Below are positions 9,534 to 17,967 of a stretch of DNA of 64,000 nucleotides, one piece after another (the stretch's first letter is position 1; every line of letters begins with the position of its first letter). Below the pieces are notes generated by a model. It ran no database searches and was not told the origin of the DNA. It saw only the letters and a list, made by a program, of their open reading frames with translations. The stretch spans positions 1,760,001-1,824,000 of the forward strand of contig JASGJH010000001.1 of assembly GCA_047601445.1 (NCBI GenBank). Direction: 5' to 3'. The stretch comes from Myxococcales bacterium (GTDB lineage: Bacteria > Myxococcota_A > Polyangia > Polyangiales > DASUME01). Position numbers and translations under genes: made by a program.

Positions 9534-9726
9534 CTCGGATGGCCCCCGTGATCTCGCTCGGAGCAACGGAGCGAGATGTGCGGCCTTCACTCTTTGCGGA
9601 CCGCGTAAGGGTCGCAAGCGCAATTATCCCGCACCCACGCAGACGCTTCGCAAAGTGGATAGCGGATCGCCGAGAGAACCCATACATGGCCGAACGTTCG
9701 CGCGCGCGCGCAGGGAGTGCTGTCGG

Positions 9727-11220
9727 ATGTCCATCAAGAATTGGGTCGTATCGAGCGCGCTGGCGCTGGTGTTCGCTTGCGGTGACGGGGGCGGATCGGA
9801 CAAGGGCGGTGCGCACGGCGATGCTGGAAGCGCCGACGCAGGCGATCACGCCAGCGGCGACGCGGCGGCTGACGGAGACACGAGCGGTGACGGCGACACG
9901 GCCGGTGACGGAGACACGAGCGGCGACGGCGATGGTGGCGCTGCTGGTGACGGCGACGGCGACGCTGGCGGCGATGGCGATGCCATGCCCTGCGACAGCG
10001 CGTGCACGATCAAGGCGAAGTGCGAGGACCACGCACACCAGTGGTGCGACAGGTTCGAGTACTGCCAGACGCGCGACTCAGTGGTGCTTTTTGGCTGGAA
10101 GCAGGACGACCAATCGGCGTGCCAAAACGCGGTGGCGAGCTACTGCATTTCGTTGATGTCGGATCCGTCGATGGACGTGGCGGGCATGACGCCCGACGAG
10201 GGCTTCTTCCGCTTGTGCCTCGACGACGCGACGTCGACCGGGGAGCTGTTCTCTCCGGCGAGCTATCACGCGAGCAAGCACCTCGCGCTGGGCGCCACGT
10301 GCGTGGACAGTGCCCAGTGTGGTGCGCACGCACGTTGCAGCTCGGCACCGACCTTTGCGGCGCCGACGAGCGAGTACTTCTCCGCGTATACCGAGAAGAG
10401 TTGCGGGACGTGTGTCGCACTCAAGGCCAGGGGCGAGGCATGCACCACGGATATCGACTGCGACTTCGACCCCGACAACTACCTGTGGTTACGGTGCTCC
10501 GCGGGAAAGTGCGCGGGCTCCACGGTCGACGTCCTCGACTGCGCGACCTCGGCCGACTGCGGCCGCGGCCAGCAGTGTGTGAGCAAGGGCGGCGGCGTCC
10601 AGAGGTGCGAGGCGGCCGAGACCCCCTCGGCCCCGCAATATGCGAGCATGTTCGGGAACGCTGGCGAGGACTGCTACGTGCCTGCGGGCGGCTCCTCGCA
10701 CTGGTGCGAGAAGGGCTACTGCGATCCGAAGACCATCGGGTGCTCGGTCGATGGCAAGACGAGCCTCGCCATGAGCGGCTCGGCCACCACGGCCGTCTCG
10801 GGCATGGAGGCCACGCTGGTGTCGGGCGGCACCTGCAACGACAGCGTCGCCAACGGCTCCTACGACGGCAAGATCGTGCTCTGCGAGCGCACGCCCGGGA
10901 TCAACTTTTGGGTCAAGGTACAGAAGACGTTCGCCGCCGGTGCCGTGGGCGTCGTCATCTACAACAACGTGGATGGCAGCCTCGCGGGAAACCTCGAGGG
11001 CAACACCGCGCAGGTTCCGGTCTTGGGCCTCGACCGCGCCGCAGGGCTCGACCTCTTGGCGAACCGCATCGGACAGAAGGTGACCCTGATCAACGTCCCG
11101 GGGACGTGCGTGGCCTTCAAGGCCGCGGGTGGGACCTGCGAAGGACCGCGCGACTGTCAGCCGGGCTTGCTCTGCCACGACGCCAAGTGCACGGCCCCTT
11201 CGCTCGCCGCCTGCGAGTGA
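9727..11220 (+). CDS. Cys-rich lipoprotein with GDGD repeats and an inserted PA (protease-associated) domain
   Basis: Lipobox LVFAC. PA motif DGKIVLCER…KVQKTFAAGAVGVVIYNNVDG. No protease catalytic motif seen. Confidence 0.8.
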   Translation: MSIKNWVVSSALALVFACGDGGGSDKGGAHGDAGSADAGDHASGDAAADGDTSGDGDTAGDGDTSGDGDGGAAGDGDGDAGGDGDAMPCDSACTIKAKCEDHAHQWCDRFEYCQTRDSVVLFGWKQDDQSACQNAVASYCISLMSDPSMDVAGMTPDEGFFRLCLDDATSTGELFSPASYHASKHLALGATCVDSAQCGAHARCSSAPTFAAPTSEYFSAYTEKSCGTCVALKARGEACTTDIDCDFDPDNYLWLRCSAGKCAGSTVDVLDCATSADCGRGQQCVSKGGGVQRCEAAETPSAPQYASMFGNAGEDCYVPAGGSSHWCEKGYCDPKTIGCSVDGKTSLAMSGSATTAVSGMEATLVSGGTCNDSVANGSYDGKIVLCERTPGINFWVKVQKTFAAGAVGVVIYNNVDGSLAGNLEGNTAQVPVLGLDRAAGLDLLANRIGQKVTLINVPGTCVAFKAAGGTCEGPRDCQPGLLCHDAKCTAPSLAACE

Positions 11221-11294
11221 GGGCAGCTACACGCTAGGTCCCGAGCAAGACGCGCCGGAGGCGCGCTTGGCAGAGATTGATCACGTCGCGCCGA

Positions 11295-12743
11295 TCAAGG
11301 GATGCGTGTCACCGTCGGATACACGTACTGGCCAGCGGTGACAGCCTGCGCTGGCAGGTAGATGCGCAGCATCAGGCGGAACGGACCACTCTCTGGCGAA
11401 GGCAGCCAGTTCGCCTCGTGTCCAGTCGGCGCCGTACTCTGCACGTAGATGTCGAGGGAGCCGTCAGCGTTCTCGGTGAGGCCTTGAGTTCGGTCCCCGA
11501 CGGCGTACACGTCGGCACTGTTGGCCACGAAGAAGTGATCGGGGCCGTACATGGTCATGGACCAGAACCCCTCGGTCGCATAGGGCGGAAGCTGGCCGGA
11601 GGCAAAGTGCACGCGGTAGCGCTGATCGCCAGTGTAGGGCGCGCCGTTCGCGTCGTGCACGGAGAGCGCGTAGACGGACTCCTCGGGCACGTTCGCGCCC
11701 CAGAGAAACTGGGCGATCGCGGCTCGCTGGAGCGACGAATCGCTTGAGTACGTGCCGACGTCCAGTCGCACCGTGAAGGCTTGACCGGGCGGGGCACCGA
11801 CCGAGGCCTCGTTTTCGATCAGGAGATTCCCCGTTGCGGCTCCCTCACTCAACGTGGCTTTCTTCGTGGCGTCGCCCGCCGCGAAGGGATGCAAACCCGC
11901 GCCAATGCCGAGCGACGCGAAGCGCGCCAACTCTTCGGTGTCGAAAGGCGACGCGGTCCCGGCAAGCGCAAGCGAGTCACCCAGCTCGTCGTAGAAGCTG
12001 CCGCCGGAGTCGGCGACCTCCTGTGCCGTGCCGAGCGCTGCGCCCAGCGCAGGTGGCGCGCTGGGGGCCGGGCCTCCAACGACCTCATGCAGAGGTTTCA
12101 GCGTCCGCTCCAGCGCGACGACGTTGGCCGTGTCGGCGGGGTCCCGGAACAGAAAGCGCCCGAGAAGGAACCCGACGGGCGTGGGCGATTCGATGCGCTG
12201 CGCTCCGCTCGGGAGCGCGCCCGTCCAGCCGGGTGGCGTGATCACGAAGGTGCCCCCCTTGCCGGCCGTGGCTCGCGTGCCGAGGTACGCGAAGGAGTTC
12301 GTCCACGCATCGAGAAACTGGTACGTCCAGTAACGATCGGTCGCGTCGGGCACCGAAAGCACCAAGGGCTCCGCTCGCAGGTCGAGCACAGCGACCGAGT
12401 AGAGCGTGTCGACGTTCGGGGAGACGATGAAGCGCGTAGCGGCCCCCGAGGGCGCGGCTTGGTTGAACAGCTGATTGACTCCGATGACGGGAGCGAACGT
12501 CTGCAGCGTGCGCCGCGTGACGACGAGCGGATAGCCCCACACGTAGGCCTCGGCCTCGAGCGTGGATCCGCCCGCGTCGGCAACGGGCTTGGGGTCTGCG
12601 ACTTCATGCTCCGAGTCCGAGCAAGCTATCGATGAGCAGGCAATGAGGACGAGAACCATCGCGGCGCGGGAGTCGAAGCCCCCCGGGCGTGCAATCGAAC
12701 AAGAAGAGTGGACGGCCTCATTGGCGCTGGTTTCGTCTAGCAT
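11295..12743 (-). CDS. DUF1254/DUF1214 lipoprotein
   Basis: EAYVWGYPLV, VSPNVDTLYS, GFWSMTMY, NADGSLDIYV, NWLP…FRLMLRIY motifs. Confidence 0.9.
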   Translation of the reverse strand: MLDETSANEAVHSSCSIARPGGFDSRAAMVLVLIACSSIACSDSEHEVADPKPVADAGGSTLEAEAYVWGYPLVVTRRTLQTFAPVIGVNQLFNQAAPSGAATRFIVSPNVDTLYSVAVLDLRAEPLVLSVPDATDRYWTYQFLDAWTNSFAYLGTRATAGKGGTFVITPPGWTGALPSGAQRIESPTPVGFLLGRFLFRDPADTANVVALERTLKPLHEVVGGPAPSAPPALGAALGTAQEVADSGGSFYDELGDSLALAGTASPFDTEELARFASLGIGAGLHPFAAGDATKKATLSEGAATGNLLIENEASVGAPPGQAFTVRLDVGTYSSDSSLQRAAIAQFLWGANVPEESVYALSVHDANGAPYTGDQRYRVHFASGQLPPYATEGFWSMTMYGPDHFFVANSADVYAVGDRTQGLTENADGSLDIYVQSTAPTGHEANWLPSPESGPFRLMLRIYLPAQAVTAGQYVYPTVTRIP

Positions 12744-13063
12744 GGTGCCTCTCACGAGAGGTGCCGAGCCGAGCAAGAGTCGGACCAGTCACGGATGCCC
12801 AGGTTGTACCCGATTTTGGTGTTAGAAGACGGGAACCGTGCGCGCGCGGAGCAAATCTCAAGGGCAGGCCTTGACGGCTCACGGAGCGAGGGCCCGCCTC
12901 AGTGCGCAGCAAGGGCTCTCGCAGCGCCCAGGAGCAACGCCGCATCGTGAGACCGCGTTAGGTGTTCCGCCACGACCTGTGCGCGGGCTGTGTCGCGACC
13001 AGCATCCGGAGCGTCCCACCGGCACGCCGCTCATCGTCCGCCCCGACTGGGTTCTGTGCAGAC

Positions 13064-14920
13064 CTAACGTACACCTGCGCTGCGCGCGGAGAGCTTGCCG
13101 CGCGCAGCCTCTCGAACGAGGACGTGGCCGACGGAGTAGCGGCCATCGCCGTAGAGCGGCTGGATGCCAAGCGTGTCGAAGCCCCGCGCGGCCGAACCGA
13201 TCGCCACCCGCCGATGCAACAGCCCAGCCCCGCCGCGGCGCAGCGGCAAATCAGCAACCCAGAGCGCCGCGCCGTTTTTGTAGAACGTGACCCGATACGC
13301 ATCATTGTGATCCGTCGACAGCGAGAGAGTGGTCACCGTAGGCCGTTCGGGGAACGCGACACGCAGCTCTTGGCAGGTCCGATCACAGGACAAGATGGTG
13401 GTCCCTTGGTCCCACGCCGAGCCTGGAGGGAACACGCGCTCGAGCTCCCATGCACGCCTGAACATGGGCGCGGCAGCCAGCACCGGCAAATCTGCCTGCC
13501 TGAGACGACTGGCGAGCTTCGTTTGAGGCAGGAAGACCAGCGCAAGCAACAGCGCGGCGAAGCCTGCGCCGAGCCCGAGGACTCCCGCCGCGTAAGCACG
13601 CCGGGGTCCGAGAGGCGCGGCAGAGGGCTCGAACAGGCCGCCGGCAGCCAGCGCGATCCACCAGGCGTCGAACGGATAACGATAGCGCGCTTCACCCATC
13701 GACAGCCCGGCCAGCCCGATCACCGCCGCCACCCCGAACAGCGCGCCCCAAGAGGCAGGTTCACTCTCGAGTGGCCGACGCAGCAGCCTCACGCAACCCC
13801 ATGTCGCCGGAAGCAGGACCAAGGCGGCAAACAGCAAGGCACCCAGCTGAAAGAGCGCAGGAGACCAGGCTGCGTAGTTCTCGGGCCAGGCGCGCAGATT
13901 GAAGGTATCTGCCGCGTTCCTGAGCGCGCGGATCGCGGCGCTCGCGGGATCCTGTGCCACGCGCGCCAACACCCAGCTCAGTATGCCGTGCGTATCGAAG
14001 ATGCTGGCCGGTACCCGGTCGCGGCCAGTGTTGCCGCGGGCGACCAGGGCCGGCGGGTACCACTCGCTGTAGTCCTGGCCATCGGCAGGTGCGAAGGCCA
14101 GCCCTGCGCGCGGATCGGCCTGACCGAGCGCCACATTCATGGCGAAGTTGACGCTCACGGGGCACAAGCGCTGGTTGAGGGTGCTGCAGCGATGGACCGC
14201 AGGAGCGAGCACGAGGCCTGCGCCGATCAGCAGGCCCATCACGACACCACGGAGCCCCGCGCGCAGACGAACTACGGCGAGCCCGCCCAGGCCACAGCTG
14301 ACCGCGAGCAGCACGGGCAGCGCATTGGGTCGAAACAGCGTGGCCAGCCCCCAGACCACACCAGCCGCCGCACCCAGCCGTTTTTCCAGCGTGAACCATC
14401 CAGGCATGCTCGCAGTCTGCGCTGAGCGCACGCTCTGAAGGGCGCAGGTGGTGAGCCAGATCGCCAGCACCACCGTGGCCTGAAACAAGGACTCCGAGAG
14501 GAAGAAGCCCACGTGGTGAATCAGGCCGACGTGCAGAGCAGACGCGGCCAACCCGAACCAAAATCCGCGGCGCCCCGCCAGCTGCCCAGCGATGTCCGCG
14601 ACCAGCCAAGGCACGCCCAGGGCCGCCATTACCTGAAGCTCGCTCGCCAACGACAGCGTGGCATCGAAGCGGCTCAGCAGCGCCGCGAAGGCTATCTGCC
14701 CGGGCGGCCAGATGGTGTCCCAGCGCGTCTGCCCTCCGGAGATCATGCGCCCCATGCCTTCCAGCATGTTGGCGGCGTCGCTGACCACGAAGTGGCGGGC
14801 AGGATGATCCCACAGGCCGTAGCGCAGGCGCGCCCACGCGCCGATCAAGTAGGCGGAGACCGCCAGCGCCGGGAGCAAGCGCTTCGAGAGCTCGAACTTT
14901 CCATCCACCGTGTCGTGCAC
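13064..14920 (-). CDS. Polytopic membrane protein, probable GT-C fold glycosyltransferase, with soluble C-terminal domain
   Basis: N-terminal SD…WPPG, LSE, RP and RYRYP motifs, and many hydrophobic helices. Start codon uncertain. Confidence 0.65.
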   Translation of the reverse strand: MHDTVDGKFELSKRLLPALAVSAYLIGAWARLRYGLWDHPARHFVVSDAANMLEGMGRMISGGQTRWDTIWPPGQIAFAALLSRFDATLSLASELQVMAALGVPWLVADIAGQLAGRRGFWFGLAASALHVGLIHHVGFFLSESLFQATVVLAIWLTTCALQSVRSAQTASMPGWFTLEKRLGAAAGVVWGLATLFRPNALPVLLAVSCGLGGLAVVRLRAGLRGVVMGLLIGAGLVLAPAVHRCSTLNQRLCPVSVNFAMNVALGQADPRAGLAFAPADGQDYSEWYPPALVARGNTGRDRVPASIFDTHGILSWVLARVAQDPASAAIRALRNAADTFNLRAWPENYAAWSPALFQLGALLFAALVLLPATWGCVRLLRRPLESEPASWGALFGVAAVIGLAGLSMGEARYRYPFDAWWIALAAGGLFEPSAAPLGPRRAYAAGVLGLGAGFAALLLALVFLPQTKLASRLRQADLPVLAAAPMFRRAWELERVFPPGSAWDQGTTILSCDRTCQELRVAFPERPTVTTLSLSTDHNDAYRVTFYKNGAALWVADLPLRRGGAGLLHRRVAIGSAARGFDTLGIQPLYGDGRYSVGHVLVREAARGKLSARSAGVR

Positions 14921-15134
14921 CCCTACTTGATTCGCACACGGAGCAAACAAGACCCGTACCAGCGCAGGTCACGGTCTGCGCAACGAAGCCTCGACAAAAG
15001 GCCGCTCTGGCGGGCGAGCGAGGAGATGTGACCAGCACGAGACACGGCGCGCGCTCGAGGGTGGTGAGCCGCGCCCTGGACGAGAACACCAGCTTGCGAA
15101 CTGAACGAGCGGCCTGCGTATCGCGCACTCACGC

Positions 15135-15260
15135 CCCAACCCCTTGAGCGAGAAACGCCGCAACCCATTCGGATTGCGGCGCTCGCATTTCGTATCAGGC
15201 CGATTCGCCTGGTTCACCTATTGCGTGTGAACTTCGGCGCGGTGGGCGGGACTCGAACCC
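15135..15260 (-). repeat. Displaced copy of tRNA-Asp 3' end plus downstream terminator (distal att site)
   Basis: Matches 17570-17696 with 4 substitutions and 1 indel over ~126 bp. Similarity stops just after the T-loop sequence GACTCGAACCC. Confidence 0.93.
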
Positions 15261-15391
15261 CAAGATCGCCAACGCACCCAAGTAGCCGTCGGCACTCGGC
15301 TTTGCTGTGCTTCTCGCGGTTTAGGGGGCGAGCCAGGCTGTTGGCCGCCGCTTCCCATGGCTTCCCCTGGCTTGCCCGTGGTTCAACGGTT

Positions 15392-15413
15392 TTGGGCACA
15401 GGTTGGGCACAAG
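15392..15413 (+). repeat. Tandem TTGGGCACA repeats (candidate integrase arm-type sites, left end)
   Basis: TTGGGCACA at 15392 and 15403. The same motif occurs at 17509. Confidence 0.6.
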
Positions 15414-15569
15414 CCGGCCGCAGCGCTGGGATGGGCGAGAAATGGGGCCATGGCCAGGTCGTTTGGGGTGAAACCCCGCGATCGTTGGAGCGGGCGGTAC
15501 CTTTCAAGCTTCCCGTGAGTAGACAGGCGGCTAGTATCCCCAGCTTCCTCAGGGAGCGACGGGGCATTC

Positions 15570-17351
15570 ATGCACACGCAGGTTCGCAGTTCAGGAGTCC
15601 TTGGTCTCGTTCTGATCACTTGGCTTGCTGGATGCCGGCTCGATTGGAACAACAAGGGTCCGTTGGATGCTGGCGCGGACGAGGGTGACAGCGGCAGCCC
15701 GCCCATGGATTCGGGCTGCGTGGCTGCATGTACGAGCCCCTGCCATGCCTGCGACGTGCCTGGCCATCAAGGCACCTGCTTTCCGATCCCGAAGGGGTCC
15801 GATCCGGACGGAGAGTGTGGCTCGTGCCAGGTCTGTGACGGCGCCGGTTCATGCCGTCCAACCGAAGCAGACGAGCTCGATCCGAAAGGTCTCTGCGGAG
15901 GCTCCAGCTCCGATGCGTGCGGTGAAGACGGCAAGTGCGACGGCGTCGGCAAATGTAGCTACAAGCTGCGTGTCGACGCGCTCTGCAGCACGACCTGTGA
16001 GAACGGTCAGCGTACCGCTTCTTCGTGCAACGCCGGCCACGTTTGCACGATGGGGAGCCCCGAGCCGTGTCCGGCTTCGGGCGGGGGCGAATGCAACGCC
16101 GCAGGCACCAACTGCGTGACCCCCTGCGCGGACGACAGCGAATGCCTAGCCTTCATGCAGTTCTGCTGCCGCAGCGACGACGTCACTCTGTGTGACGTCG
16201 CGGAAGCCGCCGCGACCTGCGTGAACAAACTGAACCAGGGCGAGAGCTGCGTGGATGATCGACAGTGCTCCACGGGTCATTGCACCGACGGCGTGTGCTG
16301 CACGAGCGCGTCGTGCGACGGCGCCTGCCAAGCCTGCAACATCCGCGGCGCATCGCTCGGCAAGTGCGCGCATTACAACGACAGCGATGACGCGACCTAC
16401 AACGATACACCCGCCGAGGTATGCAGCTCACCGCTCTGTCGCGGCTGCAACGGCAGCGACGACGATTGCGTGAGCGTTCCCCAAGGGGAGGACTGGAACG
16501 ACGACTGCCTCTCGCAGGCAGCTGCCACGTGCGGCAATACGGGTGCTTGTGACGGCGCCGGCGCATGCGAGCTGCAAGCTTCCACAACGAATTGCAATGA
16601 CTCCAATCCTTGCACCTACAACGACGCGTGCGACGGCTCGGGCAACTGTGCCGGCACGAGCGTGACTTGCACCAACGACCCGGGAACCTGCGGCGCGAAG
16701 CGCTCTTGCAACGGAACCTCCAGCTGCACGGTGAGCTACCCGGGCTCGAGCACGCCGTGCAACGACGGCGCTTGGTGCAACGGCGACGACACATGCGACG
16801 GCAGCGGGATGTGCGGCAACCACAGTGGCAACCCCTGCGCAAGCGGCGGCTCGTGCAACGTTTGCAGCGAGCCTTCCGACTCCTGCAGCAACCCGGACAC
16901 TTGGTTCGATGCAGGCAACAACCTGACCTGGGAGGTTACGCCATCTGTCTCCACCACCATGACCTGGAAGGACGCGGTTGATCACTGCAACGGACTCGAT
17001 CGCTGCGGCCACAACGACTGGCGCCTACCCACGATCAGCGAGCTTCGTAAGCTGATTCGCAGCTGCCAACCGACTGGTACGTTTATCAGCAACGTTTGCC
17101 TGATCACGGACGGCTTCACATTCTCCACCGCGAGGAACGACCTGTGCGATGGGTGCACGTCGAACCAAGGGCCTGACGGCGGCTGCTATCGTCCCAGTCA
17201 GATCGAGGGAACGTGCTCATTTCACTGGTCGTCCTCGTCGGCCTCCGACGACGACACCTTGGCTTATGTGGTCGACTACACGCGCGGGTTCGTCGATTGG
17301 ATCTTCAAGAGCGCTGTCTATACGGCGCGCTGCGTTCGAACGGGCAACTAG
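15570..17351 (+). CDS. Cys-rich lipoprotein with C-terminal DUF1566 (Lcl C-terminal, C-type-lectin-like) domain
   Basis: Lipobox LAGC. CNDSNPCT..DACDG repeats. LTWE…TWKDAVDHC…HNDWRLPTISEL…WSSS…ARCVR. Confidence 0.88.
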   Translation: MHTQVRSSGVLGLVLITWLAGCRLDWNNKGPLDAGADEGDSGSPPMDSGCVAACTSPCHACDVPGHQGTCFPIPKGSDPDGECGSCQVCDGAGSCRPTEADELDPKGLCGGSSSDACGEDGKCDGVGKCSYKLRVDALCSTTCENGQRTASSCNAGHVCTMGSPEPCPASGGGECNAAGTNCVTPCADDSECLAFMQFCCRSDDVTLCDVAEAAATCVNKLNQGESCVDDRQCSTGHCTDGVCCTSASCDGACQACNIRGASLGKCAHYNDSDDATYNDTPAEVCSSPLCRGCNGSDDDCVSVPQGEDWNDDCLSQAAATCGNTGACDGAGACELQASTTNCNDSNPCTYNDACDGSGNCAGTSVTCTNDPGTCGAKRSCNGTSSCTVSYPGSSTPCNDGAWCNGDDTCDGSGMCGNHSGNPCASGGSCNVCSEPSDSCSNPDTWFDAGNNLTWEVTPSVSTTMTWKDAVDHCNGLDRCGHNDWRLPTISELRKLIRSCQPTGTFISNVCLITDGFTFSTARNDLCDGCTSNQGPDGGCYRPSQIEGTCSFHWSSSSASDDDTLAYVVDYTRGFVDWIFKSAVYTARCVRTGN

Positions 17352-17394
17352 ACACTCATCTGACCGGCGCGGCCCGAAGCACCCACCAACTTCA

Positions 17395-17503
17395 AGTCTG
17401 AAAACGACGCTGGGCTACATGCACCTGGCGCCGGCCCGACCATCGCGCAGCCATCGCCCTGCTCGACCCAGGCACGGCCAACAAGAGGGCGAGTGCCCAG
17501 TGA
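17395..17503 (+). pseudogene. C-terminal relic of a tyrosine recombinase/integrase
   Basis: Reads SLKTTLGYMHLAPA, then after a 1-nt shift DHRAAIALLD…stop. This resembles the S/D-L-x-TT-xx-Y-x-H-L catalytic-Tyr segment and terminal helix, and it points toward the tRNA att site. Confidence 0.65.
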
Positions 17504-17508
17504 TCACG

Positions 17509-17532
17509 TTGGGCACAAGTAGCAGGCACAAG
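17509..17532 (+). repeat. TTGGGCACAAG / GGCACAAG repeats (candidate arm-type sites, right end)
   Basis: Same 11-mer as 15403-15413, with a partial second copy at 17525. Confidence 0.6.
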
Positions 17533-17569
17533 GCGTCGCGCGCTCCGCTCAGCGCGCCGCACATAGCTG

Positions 17570-17747
<178 letters not shown>

Positions 17748-17785
17748 ACGTTGTTGAGAGCCTTTCGGCGTCAACGACGGGGCAG

Positions 17786-17814
17786 CTTGTAGCCCGAGTT
17801 TCCGGCTCTGTCAA
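17786..17814 (-). promoter_or_regulatory. Sigma70-like promoter of tRNA-Asp
   Basis: TTGACA-N17-TACAAG on the minus strand. Confidence 0.5.
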
Positions 17815-17967
17815 AGCTTGGTTTTGCTTTTTGAATCAATAAGAAAGCATCGGTCGCCAGAAGGCCGCCGAACACTCGCTTTGGGCCGTTCGAAACCGCT
17901 CCAAACCTCCATACGGGTCGCTTTTTTTGCCCTCGGAGCAAGCCGTGTGGTTTGGTGTGGGATAACG

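Noticed and set aside
12796..12815. TGCCCAGGTTGTACCC resembling inverted arm sites
   Set aside because: Too degenerate, and no other att features nearby.
15234..15260. Second tRNA gene
   Set aside because: Only the T-loop to 3' end is present. It is the att duplicate.
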